A stretch of 55,759 nucleotides of DNA, the filler included, from Catajapyx aquilonaris (taxonomy: Eukaryota): assembly GCA_000934665.2 (NCBI GenBank). It is 4 parts of 4 records of this genome, joined end to end, with 100 filler letters (N's around TTAATTAATTAA, not from the genome) between each part and the next. Parts side by side here need not be neighbours in the genome. Positions count along the whole stretch, not along the records: positions 27,913 to 41,732 come from JYFJ02007977.1; positions 41,833 to 55,759 come from JYFJ02007978.1; 2 more parts are not named here. One strand, given 5' to 3'. The notes under the pieces are model-generated. The model saw only the letters and a list, made by a program, of their open reading frames with translations. It had not been told where the DNA came from and ran no database searches. The position numbers and the translations under genes are program-made. Below are positions 36,460 through 48,700 of this stretch, piece after piece. The stretch's first letter is position 1; every line of letters begins with the position of its first letter.

Positions 36460-37488
36460 TTCAATCACATTAATGGATGTTGGTGCAACCTCACTAACCC
36501 ATCACATCTAGTTTTCATATAAATAAAGGTTTATTTTCTTTGGAAATTGTATCAGTGAGCCAACACTTTTCTCCCTCCAACCAGTCCCATGCAAAGGGTA
36601 AGACTGATCTAAGTGCAGGGTTTTTTCCATGACATATTGTACACTTGTCCCTATCCCTACTCGCGTAAAGCCTAGACCGTTTCAAATTTCCCCAATAACT
36701 AATTTGACATTTTCTTTGAAGAGTTGCAAAGTTGCATATCCACACAAAATGATTGCATTGTGCTCGACGTCTGTTTTTGAGCTTATTGTGGGAAGCTTAG
36801 TGAGTTGGCAGCGTCTTCAAATTCGGACACTTGGAGACGCGCTAGAAAAAGTTGGGTCGACCCACTCCTCTTTCGTGACACCGGCCATTTTGGTTTTATT
36901 TTGTTGCACCTTTTTTTACCATAGAGAAATCATTGTGTTGTAATTAGTGATTGGTGCTAAGCAAATATGAGGAAGCTGAATCAAACTGCATTTTTAAAAT
37001 AGTTTCTTTTTTTGCCATGTTAATGGGTGTCTTAATTAGTATGAAATTGGTCACGAAATGTAGAGACGTGGGTCAACTCATCTTGCCAGTTGGAGCAAAT
37101 TATTTGTAGGGGCAAACTGATTTTTTGGCATTGTCATTCACTTTTCCCTTGGAAATTCATTCCCACCCACACCAAGTATGGTTATGTTAACGTACCAGTT
37201 TAAGAGACTAAAGCAAATTAAAGATAACTGTTCAGAATTTCACCATTTAGTTCCATTATTTCATTACTGAGTCCTACCAAACCATGTCATGTTTCCTTCT
37301 CACCCCGTTTTTCCTCAGAAAATTGCAGCTGCTGTTGGAAACTTATTGTTAGGTCCTCAACCCACATTACAGTGGAACCACAGAAGGTACGAAGCACTGA
37401 TCTGGAAGCCAGGAATTCTTGTTTAACACACAACATAAACAAGACATGACATTATCCCTATTGATATAAACTATAAAGCTCAATATTA

Positions 37489-37577
37489 CATGTAGCCAGA
37501 ACGTGCCCCAACATTCCGGGCACATCCCTCAACAGTTGAGGGATGTGCCAGGAATGTTGGGGCATATTCTGGCTACA
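37489..37577. repeat. Short near-perfect palindrome (mini-MITE)
   Basis: atgtagccagaa...atccctcaac a gttgagggat...ttctggctacat. Confidence 0.7.
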
Positions 37578-37898
37578 TAGCCCGAAGATACATAGGCTTT
37601 TCCGATAACTGTTCGGACAAAAAAGTTGAGACATACACCCTGTATATTTATTCATCCTCCTGAGACCCCTGGTACAGTATACTGTACCTTTGTTGTTGTT
37701 GTTTTTTACGCGTTTGGGTTAGTCAGAAGGTGCTGGAATCCTGATGGCCAGTATGCCGTACCGTGGCCGTACCTTTGCTTTTACCCACAAAAAAATGGCA
37801 AGGCATAGTATCGACTTGCTACTATTGGAGGGAGAATCAAAGATGGCTGACGGGAAGGAGTGTCCACGTCATGGTCGTAGAAGACTCCCCACCCACCC

Positions 37899-38195
37899 CC
37901 TGCCGAGGGGTTTTGCAGCGGGTGCTCACCTGAGACCGCCACGAGACATTTCCCAGAGCATTTTTTATGTGGCGACCCTACCGGCCTAAGGCTGAACTTT
38001 ACAGGTACGAAAGGGAAGCGCTACATGCTGACCCAACATGGCCTCCGGCGGCCATGTTGGGCCCCCCAATGTAGCCCTCCCCTTTCGTACCTATAAAGTT
38101 CAGCCTTAGGCCGGTAGGGTCGCCACATAAAAATGCTCTGGGAAATGTCTCGTGGCGCTCTCAGGTGAACACCCGCTGCAAAACCCCTCGGCAGG
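37899..38195. repeat. Palindromic repeat element (~130-bp arms)
   Basis: The arms are reverse complements, and a diverged copy of the right arm occurs at 13919-14015 in another piece. Confidence 0.75.
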
Positions 38196-38653
38196 TGATA
38201 AGCCCAGAAGATAGGGGTAGTGTCCGTGGGCTGGTCCACGTGCTGCTCCGTCCTCAGTGAATTATATTTATTTTCTATTTTAAAGTGGTCACATCACGCC
38301 AGTTCCTGGCAGGTAGGTAACTTAGAGGCTCCTTAGTTGAATGGGTGCATGGTAAAATAGAAACAATATAATTTCATGGCGTGCAGGACCATTCATTTGT
38401 TAGGGTACAGGCGACTGTACTTCAGGCCTGAACTTCAGGATGGTCCCTCTTAATTATAATATTGTGGCTTGCCATATTATAATTAAGTCTGAACTAGTGA
38501 TTTGCCGAAAATTGCTACGCTGCTATTAAATAGCTGCTAGTCTCGAGTAGCTGACAAGTTTAACTAGCAGCTATCATGACAAACTAAACTAGCAGGTAGT
38601 GCTATACAGCTATTCAGCTGGTTCGATCCTGCTATTCGGCTATTCAACTATTC

Positions 38654-39960
38654 AGGGAAAGTCTATCGTTTATCCGCACATAGCGACGCGGTGCTCCAAA
38701 CATGTTGGCTACGCGTCGCAAACAACCGGTGGCTGCCGGGGGAGCACAACAAAGGGCATCTTCTTACCCCTGCCACGCGAACCGATCAGACTAGTGCTAC
38801 TAGGACCACAGTATTAATAAAGGAGGTGGGAAATATGAAAGCCATGATGGTTGCTGGCTTGCTGCAGTCCGTTAACCCAAAGAACGATATGATGTCACAC
38901 CAGCCGTGTTTTCTGAGCGTGTGCAGTAGTATGCCTGCAGAGTGAGTCGTGGGCATGATTGGAGGGGAGAGCCGGGTGGTGGCGGGCGGAACTTGGCGTC
39001 ATGTCGTTCGTTGGTTTAACGGACTGTGTGAAGGTGTACTTCGCGCTTGGCAAAGCCACAATAAAGGCTGGTTCACACTAGCTGACGGTAGCATACGAAA
39101 CGAACCGAACGGTATGACGGGACGAACGGAAAGACGAGTGGCGTGGCTTTAGCCTCCGTATCCCGCGGCGCATGCGCTGTGCTTGAATTCTCGGGGAGGA
39201 AGCCGGATCTCCCTCGGGCCCTCCCTCCTTTCGGACCCACGGTCATACCCTTCTCTTCTCCCATCTCCCGAGGCCCGCTCGCCCTGGGTCCCGAGTCCCG
39301 ACTGATGTCCTTCGTCCTGTCCCCGCCAGAGGCGCTGCCGGCTTTCCCTTTCACTTTCGCTCGCCACACCCCTACCGCTTTCCTGGCTCTTCCATTGGTG
39401 GATAGGTCCGTAAGCCTACGTATTCCGTATTCCGTGTCCGTCAAAAGTTGATTTCTCCCAACTTTTCCGTTTCGTAATCCCTTTCACTTTTCGTCATCCT
39501 CAAGTGGGCTCTGATTGGTCCACTCTTTCGGATCGCTCTTTTCGTATGCTCCCGTCAGCTAGTGTGAACCCCCCTTAACGTTCGTTGGCCTGCGGCGCCA
39601 CAAGACGGACAGTAAATGTTGCGGATACAGAAACCCACAATAAGCGCCCAGCTCCGCTATCGCTCCGCAAAAACTAAAAATATCACGCACGGGCGACGTA
39701 CCGTGCCTGGCAGGGCCACAACAATGTACAGTACTGTTGCGGTAACACAAAGCCATACAGCTACACCAAGACAAATGGCTATTCCATCCACTTAATCACC
39801 TCAAAATCACGAATTGAATCCCCGAAAGCCCGAAAAGAAGAATAAATCACAGTTCCATGTAACCATACAGCACAATAGGCACCCGATTGTTTGCGACGCA
39901 ACGTTGCCAACCGTCGAGAGGCCATGTTGTTAACGTGCGGATAAACAATAGCTTATCCCT
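38654..39960. mobile_element. Non-autonomous TIR element with apparent 4-bp TSD (ATTC)
   Basis: TIRs agggaaagtctatcgtttatccgcac / gtgcggataaacaatagcttatccct, inserted in a gctattc(a/g) short-repeat array spanning ~38600-40085. Confidence 0.65.
39065..39575. mobile_element. PIF/Harbinger-type MITE nested in the previous element
   Basis: TIR core ggttcacactagctgacgg / ccgtcagctagtgtgaacc with TAA on both flanks. Confidence 0.75.
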
Positions 39961-40248
39961 ATTCAGCTGGTTCGGTCCCGCTATTCGGCTATTCAGCTAT
40001 TCTGCTGGTTCGATCCAGCTATTCGGCTATTCAGCTATTTCGCTGGTTCGATCCCGCTATTCGGTTATTCGGATATTCAGCTGGTTCTCTGACGGCTCTG
40101 CCTAAGTGCCTATTATATAACATGTTTAATTATTTATATACCTAAGACGGCTGTTCTGCTATTATACTTTAAAACTGCATTTAAGTTGACAATTTCTAAC
40201 AACTTGCATTAACGCAAATAACTTGAGGGAATTTCCCGTTCGGATATA

Positions 40249-40655
40249 CAGGGTGAACCAGGTTCAAGTGTCCGACAATAACTGTGATGAATAGCGGTGA
40301 TTGTGCGCCATTCACGTAGCAGCTACGTCTGAAATGTAACCACTTCAGCGTCATCGGAAATATTAGCTGCCAATAGCAGCGTACATGTAATGAAACCTGC
40401 TGGGTTGACCTGGAAAAGAGTAGGTGCACACACAGCGTGAGGCGCGGGCGTGGCAGCCTTCTTTGCGGACTGCCGGATTGGCATTGGTGCTGCATGTGGT
40501 TACAGCAGATTCATTACATGTACGCTGCTATTGGCAGCTAATATTTCCGATGGCACCGAAGTGGTTACATTTCAGACGTAGCTGCTACGTGAATGGCGCA
40601 CAATCACCGCTATTCATCACCGTTATTGTCGGACACTTGAACCTGGTTCACCCTG
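40249..40655. mobile_element. Palindromic Tc1/mariner-type MITE
   Basis: TA-cagggtgaaccaggttcaagtgtccgac...caccctg-TA with ~150-bp near-perfect arms. Confidence 0.85.
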
Positions 40656-40983
40656 TATGTGTCAACAAAAGGACCGTACCATATAATCAACTGGAGTTTC
40701 TGATGTATGATCAGTTTTACTTAATGCATCATTAAATCGGAACGATACTCGAAAGTGTATTTTTCATGTGATTTTAAAATCAAACCCATTAAGTTAGTAT
40801 ACCAGCTGAGTGAGCTGACTAGCCTGATCGAAGCAGCCAACCCGCTAAATAGCCGAATAGAACCAGCTGAATAGCCGAATAGCATTAGCTGTGGTCCTCT
40901 GAGAGAGAAAAAAAAGTGTGTCGTTCCTATTTTACAATTTCCACTTCCATAATTAAATATAATTATAAATATAATGTACAATA

Positions 40984-41377
40984 CAGGGTGGACCAACTTC
41001 AAGTGTCGTTTTATAACGGCGATTAATAGCAGTGATTTTGCGATGACGTAGCAGCGACGTGTAAAATGTCCCACTTCGGCGCCATCGAAAATATTAGCTG
41101 CCAATAGCAGCACACATGTAATCAACCCTGCTGCTGGATTGACCTGGAAAAAAGGAGGTGCACACAAGACCTGCGATGCGTCTGGGTGAAATGGGTGACG
41201 CCCAAGGCACCAGATGGGCCATGGACCTGTAATGCAAGGGGGAAGCCTGCAAACGAAACACAGCTAATATTTTCGATAGCGCCGAAGTGGGCCACTTTAC
41301 ACGTTGCTGCTATGTCAATCGTAAAGCGCTTCTATTAATAGCCGTTATAAAACGACACTTGAAGTTTGTCCACCCTG
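40984..41377. mobile_element. Palindromic Tc1/mariner-type MITE, diverged relative of the 40249 copy
   Basis: TA-cagggtggaccaacttcaagtgtcg...cgacacttgaagtttgtccaccctg-TA. Confidence 0.8.
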
Positions 41378-41732
41378 TATTATATCATTATAAATATAAA
41401 TATACTAGCAGGTTACCCGGCGTTGCCCGGATATGTTGGGATGCTGTTAAAGGTACGGGTATACAGGGTGTAAATGAATTCAACCGACAAACTTCTATGG
41501 GTGATAGAGGGGACCAAGACAAACATTTTTGACATAGGAAACCGTGTCCGGAAACGCCATCAAGAGGGGGTTCATATTCATAGACGAGGAACGGGTGCGC
41601 TCAGACGCGTCAGGCGAGAGGCTCAAGTCGAGCGGACTGTTTTGTTGATAGATGGCGCGCTGTTGTTGCCAGGTTATGGCGTATCGCGTCGTTGTAAGTA
41701 AACAACAACACGATACGCCATAACCTGGCAAC

Positions 41733-41832
41733 NNNNNNNNNNNNNNNNNNNNNNNNNNNNNNNNNNNNNNNNNNNNTTAATTAATTAANNNNNNNNNNNN
41801 NNNNNNNNNNNNNNNNNNNNNNNNNNNNNNNN
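41733..41832. other. Artificial 100-nt contig-joining spacer
   Basis: N44-TTAATTAATTAA-N44. Confidence 0.95.
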
Positions 41833-42592
41833 GTCTCTGTTCAGGTGTGATTGATGTGTCACGGAAACTGTAGAGGATCAGGGAATGGTATGTATTCACA
41901 CGGACATGGGGGATGAACTTTCTAATTTCGGAGTCCTGATTGAGAGACAGGCGATGAATAGGGGATGGACAGTCTCGTGCTCACATGGGGCATGCACTGT
42001 TGATTGGAGGACGAAAAGACAATCTTAATGGACGAAAGAAATATTGTAATTTTCTCTCGCAGGTTATTTTGTCGGATTATGCATTACGTGCAATCTGGCC
42101 AATCACCAGAGGTTTCACATGTATGTATGTTTTATGAGATGGCCACATGTTCGAAGAATTATGCTGAACAGGACAGTAAAAGTGCCTGGTCATGAATGCC
42201 ATACAGGGTGTTGCCAAAACTACGCACTTCTTCTAAGGTTTAGACTTGTTGCTAATTTCCAAGACTTAATTACTCTAGATGATTTTTGGTGATTTAGGCT
42301 AGTACTCAGGTGAGAGGGCTCATCCTACAGTTCAAGTGTCCCGCTGGACATCCGTGCTGTAAGGGTCGCTGGAGTGTAGGATGAGCCTATACAAAAAGCC
42401 ACAAAGAAGTTTCATATAACGTCCATCCGGTAGCACTATAATCGCTCTTCGTGTCTGACTATTGCTGAGGAAGTACCAGAGTACACTTTCAAAATAATTT
42501 GTCTGCAGTCATTGTTGTCCATTCTGACGTCAGTACTATTCTATCGCTGAACACACATTTATCTTATTAATTTTTCTCCGCTGTTTCGTAAA

Positions 42593-43513
42593 TAGTCCGG
42601 GCCCTAGGCGCAAAAATCAGGCCTAACCTTGCACTTTGTGATAAGAAGGTGCCACTTGGCACATATGTTCCTTAGGCCTATAGGAGCAATTCCAGAGTTG
42701 CAGGCAACTGATCGGCCCCTTAGGTCACGAGTTATGCGGTGTTGCCAACATGGCCGGGGATAACCTGAGCGTTTTTAATGTTGCATTTTGTGATAAGAAG
42801 GTACCGCTTGGCACATTATGTTCCCTAGGTCTGTAGGAGTCGTTTGAGAGATGGCGGCACTTGATCGGCTCCGTAGGTCAGGAGTTATGTGTTGCCAACC
42901 TGGTCCGGGACCTAAGCGTTTTGAACCATTTTTAACTTTGCATTTTGGGATAAGAAGGTGCCATTTGGTACATATGTTCCTTAGGCCTATAGGAGCAATT
43001 TCAGAGTAGCAGGCAACTGATCGGCCCCTTAAGTCACGAGTTAGGCGGTGTTGCCAACCTGATCAGGGAACTAAGCGTTTTAACTCGGCACTTTGTGATA
43101 AGAAGGTGCCACTTGGCAGACATGTTCCCTAGGTCTATAGGATCCATTTGAGAGATGGAGGCACGTGATCGGCTCCTTAGGTGAGGAGTTATGCGGTGTT
43201 GCCAACATGGTCCGGGACCTAATCATAACCGCATAACTCGCGACCTAAGTGGCCGATCAAGTGCCGCCAACTCTCAAATGGATCCGCTAGGCCTGGGGAA
43301 CAATGGTTGCCAAAATCCCAAAATGCAAAGTTAAAAATTGGTATAAACGCTTATGTCCAGGACCAGGTTGGCAACACCGCATAACTCCTGACCTAAGGAG
43401 CCGATCAAGTGCCGCCATGTCTCAAACGACTCCTACAGACCTAGGGAACATATGTGCCAAGCGGTACCTTCTTATCACAAAATGCAAGGTTAAGACGCTT
43501 AGGGCCCGGACTA
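42593..43513. mobile_element. Foldback-like TIR element built from ~150-bp tandem units
   Basis: Termini tagtccgggccctaggcg / cgcttagggcccggacta. Four direct units start at ~42631, 42783, 42940 and 43088, followed by about two inverted units at 43224-43495. Confidence 0.75.
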
Positions 43514-46500
43514 AAATGCATTGGATCAAAGGAAGCAACCAATGTGACGATATCGACGAATTACATAAAGCATATAAAGCATTGAATCCACACACTTCAT
43601 GTGAGATGCTTGGAGCCATCCTCTCCCACCGATGGAAGTCATTCACTGTAGTACAAACGGTAATACCATCACAAATACTATTTCTTTGGAATTACTTTGG
43701 AACTAGGAATTATCATGATCCCCCCCCCCCCCCCCCAATTTGTTTCAAGGTTGAACACAAATTCTTGGACTGGAAGTCAAGCACCAATTAATGATCTTAT
43801 ATGGAAATGGAGGGGTGGAGAATCCTTCAATATTATCAGGTTGGCATTTCCGTCGTTGCATCACATTCCTAGGGGCTCTGCAGCCCATTTCTTGGTCTCA
43901 TCACGAAGGCACGTCGTTGTCATTATGCCAAACGATGGTGTATCATGTGACTCCTATATGAAAGCTAGGGGTTGCAGGCAGGTCAGAGGTTAAGAGCATA
44001 TGCTTGAATATACAACCTGCGATGTCTCATCTGTTTTGCTGGCCTAAAATAACCAAAATAAATTCACAAAAATTACGAGAACTACAGTAATTCTTAAAAG
44101 TAGCCTCATAATACGACAATAATATTGTGATTCACGGTGGATCAATGTTAGACAGTTATATGCATGAGGAGGGCGAGAACGGAAAACATTTTTTTACAAA
44201 TTTAAAAATATCAACATTAAAATACAAGCATAAGAGGTAGTCCACTAATCTCTTCCTCTCTTGCCTAAATTGCCACGACTCCACCAAATAAAACATGTAC
44301 TCTGATCAGTTCACCTCAACATAATAAACGAGCATTATAATGTCCATTAATTGAGCAAAAGCGATGAAGAAGAGCGGGGGAAGGCGAAAACTTTCCTCAT
44401 AAGAATTAGCCCCGGGCGATTAGGGTAAGGAGTGGATCAGTAGAATAAAATAAAAAGACCCGACCAGAGTTTTGGTTTTGGGGAAGTTTGGCCAATAAGC
44501 CGAGGCAAAAGGCTTTTCTTGCTGAGCGAGAGAGAGAGAGAGAGCACGATGGGGGAAGTTTCCCGCTGGCCACACGCCCTTAATTGTATTCCAAAACTAC
44601 AGGGAGGATTAGGAAACAAAAAAGCGGCTTTATTAAAACCTCTTGCAATTAAGCCTGCACTGTGGATGAACTGCTTTATTGACCACTAATTGTGCAAAGT
44701 ACCACGGGAATTAGGCGCCTAGGGGCTCCAAAATGTAATTATCAAACATCACATTGCCTCCCCAAAAAGTATATGTGTAATTACAAAGCTTGGGCCGAGC
44801 TCCTCCTCCTCTGGTTCTCTGGCATAGAACAACCGCCACCAATTTGCCCCTGGGACGTCTCTCTCCAAGCCCCTTCTCTCTGGGATGCAACGCGGGGCCT
44901 TTCCTACTTATTTGTCCGGGACACTTGGGGCTAAGATGCCCCCGCCGCTAACTCGACTACTTAGCATGCAAATGAAACAAGGGCCCAGCTCACCCACGTT
45001 AATCACCAATCTTACAAGAGAACTAATCACCCGCCCCATACAATCCAGCTCGGCTCCCTCCAAACCCCCTCTCTACTTCATCATCAGGCCAGATTCGGCC
45101 GATTCGTGTTCAACCGAACCGTGCTAATTCCACATGTTGCTACAATGCAATCAGTTTCAAACAGTCAGCAAAAAACCATATCTGTAACTGACTATTTTTT
45201 CAGTAATATTTGAGGGGGGAAAAACGGACTTTGCGGCAATTCGGCCGAAAACAATTCGGCTGACCGTTCTAACCCTCCTTCATTATCATTATTCTCTCTA
45301 CCCCCTGGCCGCCACCCCATGTCCATGTCAGGCTTAATTATCCTCAAAACGCAAGCGTCAACTCTTTTACGTCAACTCATTAGCCGACCACCGTTGTCAT
45401 TCTCGCCTTTACAACACCCTTTGAGTACTCCACCCTCGACACGGAGGGGGCAACAGGTCATACAATATTGCTTCATTAACACTGGGGGCCTGCTGATGAG
45501 AAATGACGAATTAGACATTAGCGGGATGTATGCGATTCACGCAGATCGGACCATTGTTGGACCAATTTTAAAAATTTAATCCACATAAAATGAAGCTTTA
45601 CGATCGGATAGTTTAGAAGAAGCGCTTAAATCCATGGGCAATTCCAGTCCTAGATGGTCCTGGCGGCTCGTGAGTCCAAAATTTGAAGTAGGATGAGCCC
45701 TGCATTCTAATGGGAGGCAAGTAAGGAGAGTCAACATGTGCAGTAAGTAGAGTAATTAAAGGCGGTGATGCGAAATGCCGGCGGAGCAAGCCAGGATGGC
45801 AAGTCTTCCCTTCCTACCCTCCCTCCCTCCCTCCCCCGAACTCCCTCTTCCGGCGTCAAAATTTGCCTATCAATTCGATCTCATTAGGAGGAGGAAATGA
45901 AGTGCGGCAAATCTCCCGTGAAAAACGGAGCAGTCCTTTATTTATCTCAGCTTTGCAGAAGCCCGCCTCTGCATTACTATAAGGCGACATTTCATAGGCC
46001 ACCTCTGGACTCGCCCTTTCAGTATAGTAGACAAAGGCTGTGCTACCAGAGCTTTAGCATGTGATACGACACTACAATCAGGCATTGTTGTACTTGATTT
46101 GTTTTTACTAATTAAGTCATTAATAATAAGCTGCTTCATTCTTACGAAGGAGGTGTGGAAGACCATTTTTCCACCTACGCTTTATATTCGCGCAGCCGGT
46201 AGGATAAGCGAGACTATGACTTGTGCAGTACTTGTAGTTGTGTTTTTTAAAGTGTGGACCAAGTGCGTCATCTGGCTGGTGGTGATTATGACATATCAGA
46301 ATCCCCATGGGACTAATGAAAGGGAAAACCAGTAGTTTCCCAGGCAGGATTAAGGCCAGTGATGGATGCAGACACACGATGAGCTCTTTTGGTCCCCCCA
46401 ATTATCACCTGTGACCATTTGCTGATTAGGCGACATCCTCTTAATTTACACCGAGAGGCCTTTTGTCCTCGTTTATACGACTGTAATTATGTGTCACCCT

Positions 46501-48404
46501 ACCTCCCGTAGGGATTTATTACCAGGGCCCAGGCGCATTTAACAAGACCTTGTTACTTGTTCTATTCCCCTCAGGGATCTGGGGACAAGTGTATAGTTGC
46601 TTGTATTCTAATCCCTGCCGTCCCTTTTCATTGTTATTATTATTTTAGCATGCGACGGCATTAATCAGGAGCCAGGCTGGCCCCCATTCAAAGTCGGCGT
46701 CTCTCCCATTGCGATGTCTCCCCTATTATGGCGAGCAACCCCACTTACAGTGGCTGAGGACGACGTCGACTAATGATCATGTCGTCACTCTCATCCTGAT
46801 CATTTTCTGTACTTGCTACTTCCGGATAAAGCGAGCTGAAGTTCTAAAGCACCATTGTCGCTAGTACCACATTTGAATCGAAGTAAAATTACTTATATTT
46901 GGATTCCATGGGGTATGTTTTTTGGAGAAATTCGTAAAGTGCTTGCGACATCAGGTATATGCCTAATCGTTGATTAAATGGTCTCGGAGGGTGGGAAAAA
47001 ATCTTGATGCCAGGCTATAGCACTTCGGGGCAAAATTTCGTGGAAAGTAATTTGGGGAAAAAAAAATTTACATTCATTACCATATCTCACATTTTGAAAG
47101 TTACTTCATGGTGATAAGTTGGACAATACTAATTTCTGTATTACTGAGGCATTTGTGAGGGTGAAGTTGAACGTGCCGAACTTTCTCGAACACAATGGAC
47201 CTAACTCTCAGGATAAAACTTGTGTAGTGAAAAAGCTGGGGAAAATACGTAAAATAAAAATTACCGTTATCAATCAAGAATATCTGAGTCTTTCTTTTTG
47301 CAGGGTTGTTGATGTGTGTAGTGTGTTGCACAATATCAACATAATTTATATTAATATTAATACTGGCCAAAGACTTATGCTCACTGGGCTGTTTGGTCGC
47401 CTTCAGTCATTCCAGTTTCTACCTTAGCCTGTGCTACACCAAGTGCTCTGTTATACCAAAGTGTACATAATTATGATAGTTCAGTTGCAGGGTGTTCTTG
47501 AGGTCATGAGAGTCACCTAACTAAGGATGGGGTTGGATTGGATTCCATAATGACATTTTTACACTCATTTGACTCAAACTGTTTTACATCTGCTGGGATT
47601 TAATACACTCCTTAACTTATGAGTGTCAATAATCACTAAATTAATTGCAATCTACACATCTTACTAATATAAAAATCAAAAGGAAATAGTCATCAGTTAA
47701 TTAAGCCAAAAATTAAGAGGAAGAGGCCATAATTTATTTGTCTACACTGGTATATGTGAAATCAAAAAGTAACTGCATAAAAGTAAAGTTTAAATGTGCA
47801 ATGCAGAAAAAATAAAGACGCAAAAGTTTTCCCTGAATTGGGTGTACTGCAGTAATGTTTGTTCTACTAATAAACTGTGGGCTGCACATAGTGTAGACTT
47901 ACAATTTGCTTCATAAAGAAGCATAAGAACCTATAATGCTCATTATTACTATAAGTTTTTGTACAATCACAACATTCACACTGACTTTAAACTAAAACAA
48001 ACCATGCTCCTTGAGTACCAAAGCAAAGTTGAGTGTGTTTAATCTCAGAAGGCACCAGTTGTAAAAATGTCACCTTGGTGCACTCATCATCAAGATTCCA
48101 AATTGGAAAGGTGAATGACCTTTCTTTCCCTTTGGAAAGTCAATCTGGGCATCAAGAAGGGGCAAACCTCCCACTGATGTGGCACAAGTCAATGTGCAAT
48201 GCACTGCCCCAGTTGACTGAATCTTTAAAGTTGGCCAACTACTCCATCGAACCCCCCTTGAATCACTTGGCAGTTGATACCCCATTGCATTGGAACAAGT
48301 ACTACCAGCAGCAAAATGGCGGGGGAAAACAACATTAAAATAAAGAGCATAAAGAACAGCCCGCTGGGACAGCAGAAGATGGTTCAATGTCGGCTTGGAC
48401 TCAC

Positions 48405-48700
48405 CTTCCGGATGTGGCAGATGAACTTGCGGCGAGCACTCCTACCTATGACACGTAGTCTGGACCCGGGTCGGCCCAGGGGAGGTTAAAAGCACGGGGC
48501 TGCACTGCACACAGCGGGAAACAGAACAGAATGGAACTCGTGCGATCAACAAACCGGACCACGTGGTCCAGGCAAGTCTGGGCTTGCAAACTTTCAAACT
48601 GGTTTTTTTATAAAAAAAAACAAACACAAATCTGGTTCAGATTTATGCGAGTATTAAGGCACAGTTCTCGAATATGACTAGAACAAACGGAAGTACGATT
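48405..48700 (-). promoter_or_regulatory. Candidate promoter and non-coding first exon of an unidentified minus-strand gene
   Basis: GC/CpG-richer island, strong donor AAG|gtgagt at 48405/48404, E-box cacgtg (~48560) and ETS-like cggaagt (~48690). Confidence 0.35.

Noticed and set aside
37489..37577. pre-miRNA hairpin
   Set aside because: The loop is about 1 nt with near-perfect arms typical of a mini-MITE, and no known mature miRNA is recognised.
39073..39451. Overlapping GC-rich ORFs as a small gene
   Set aside because: They lie wholly inside a TIR-bounded MITE and have no recognisable domain.
42631..43495. Regularly spaced repeats as a CRISPR array
   Set aside because: Whole ~150-bp units are repeated with no unique spacers, some are inverted, there are no cas genes, and the context is eukaryotic.
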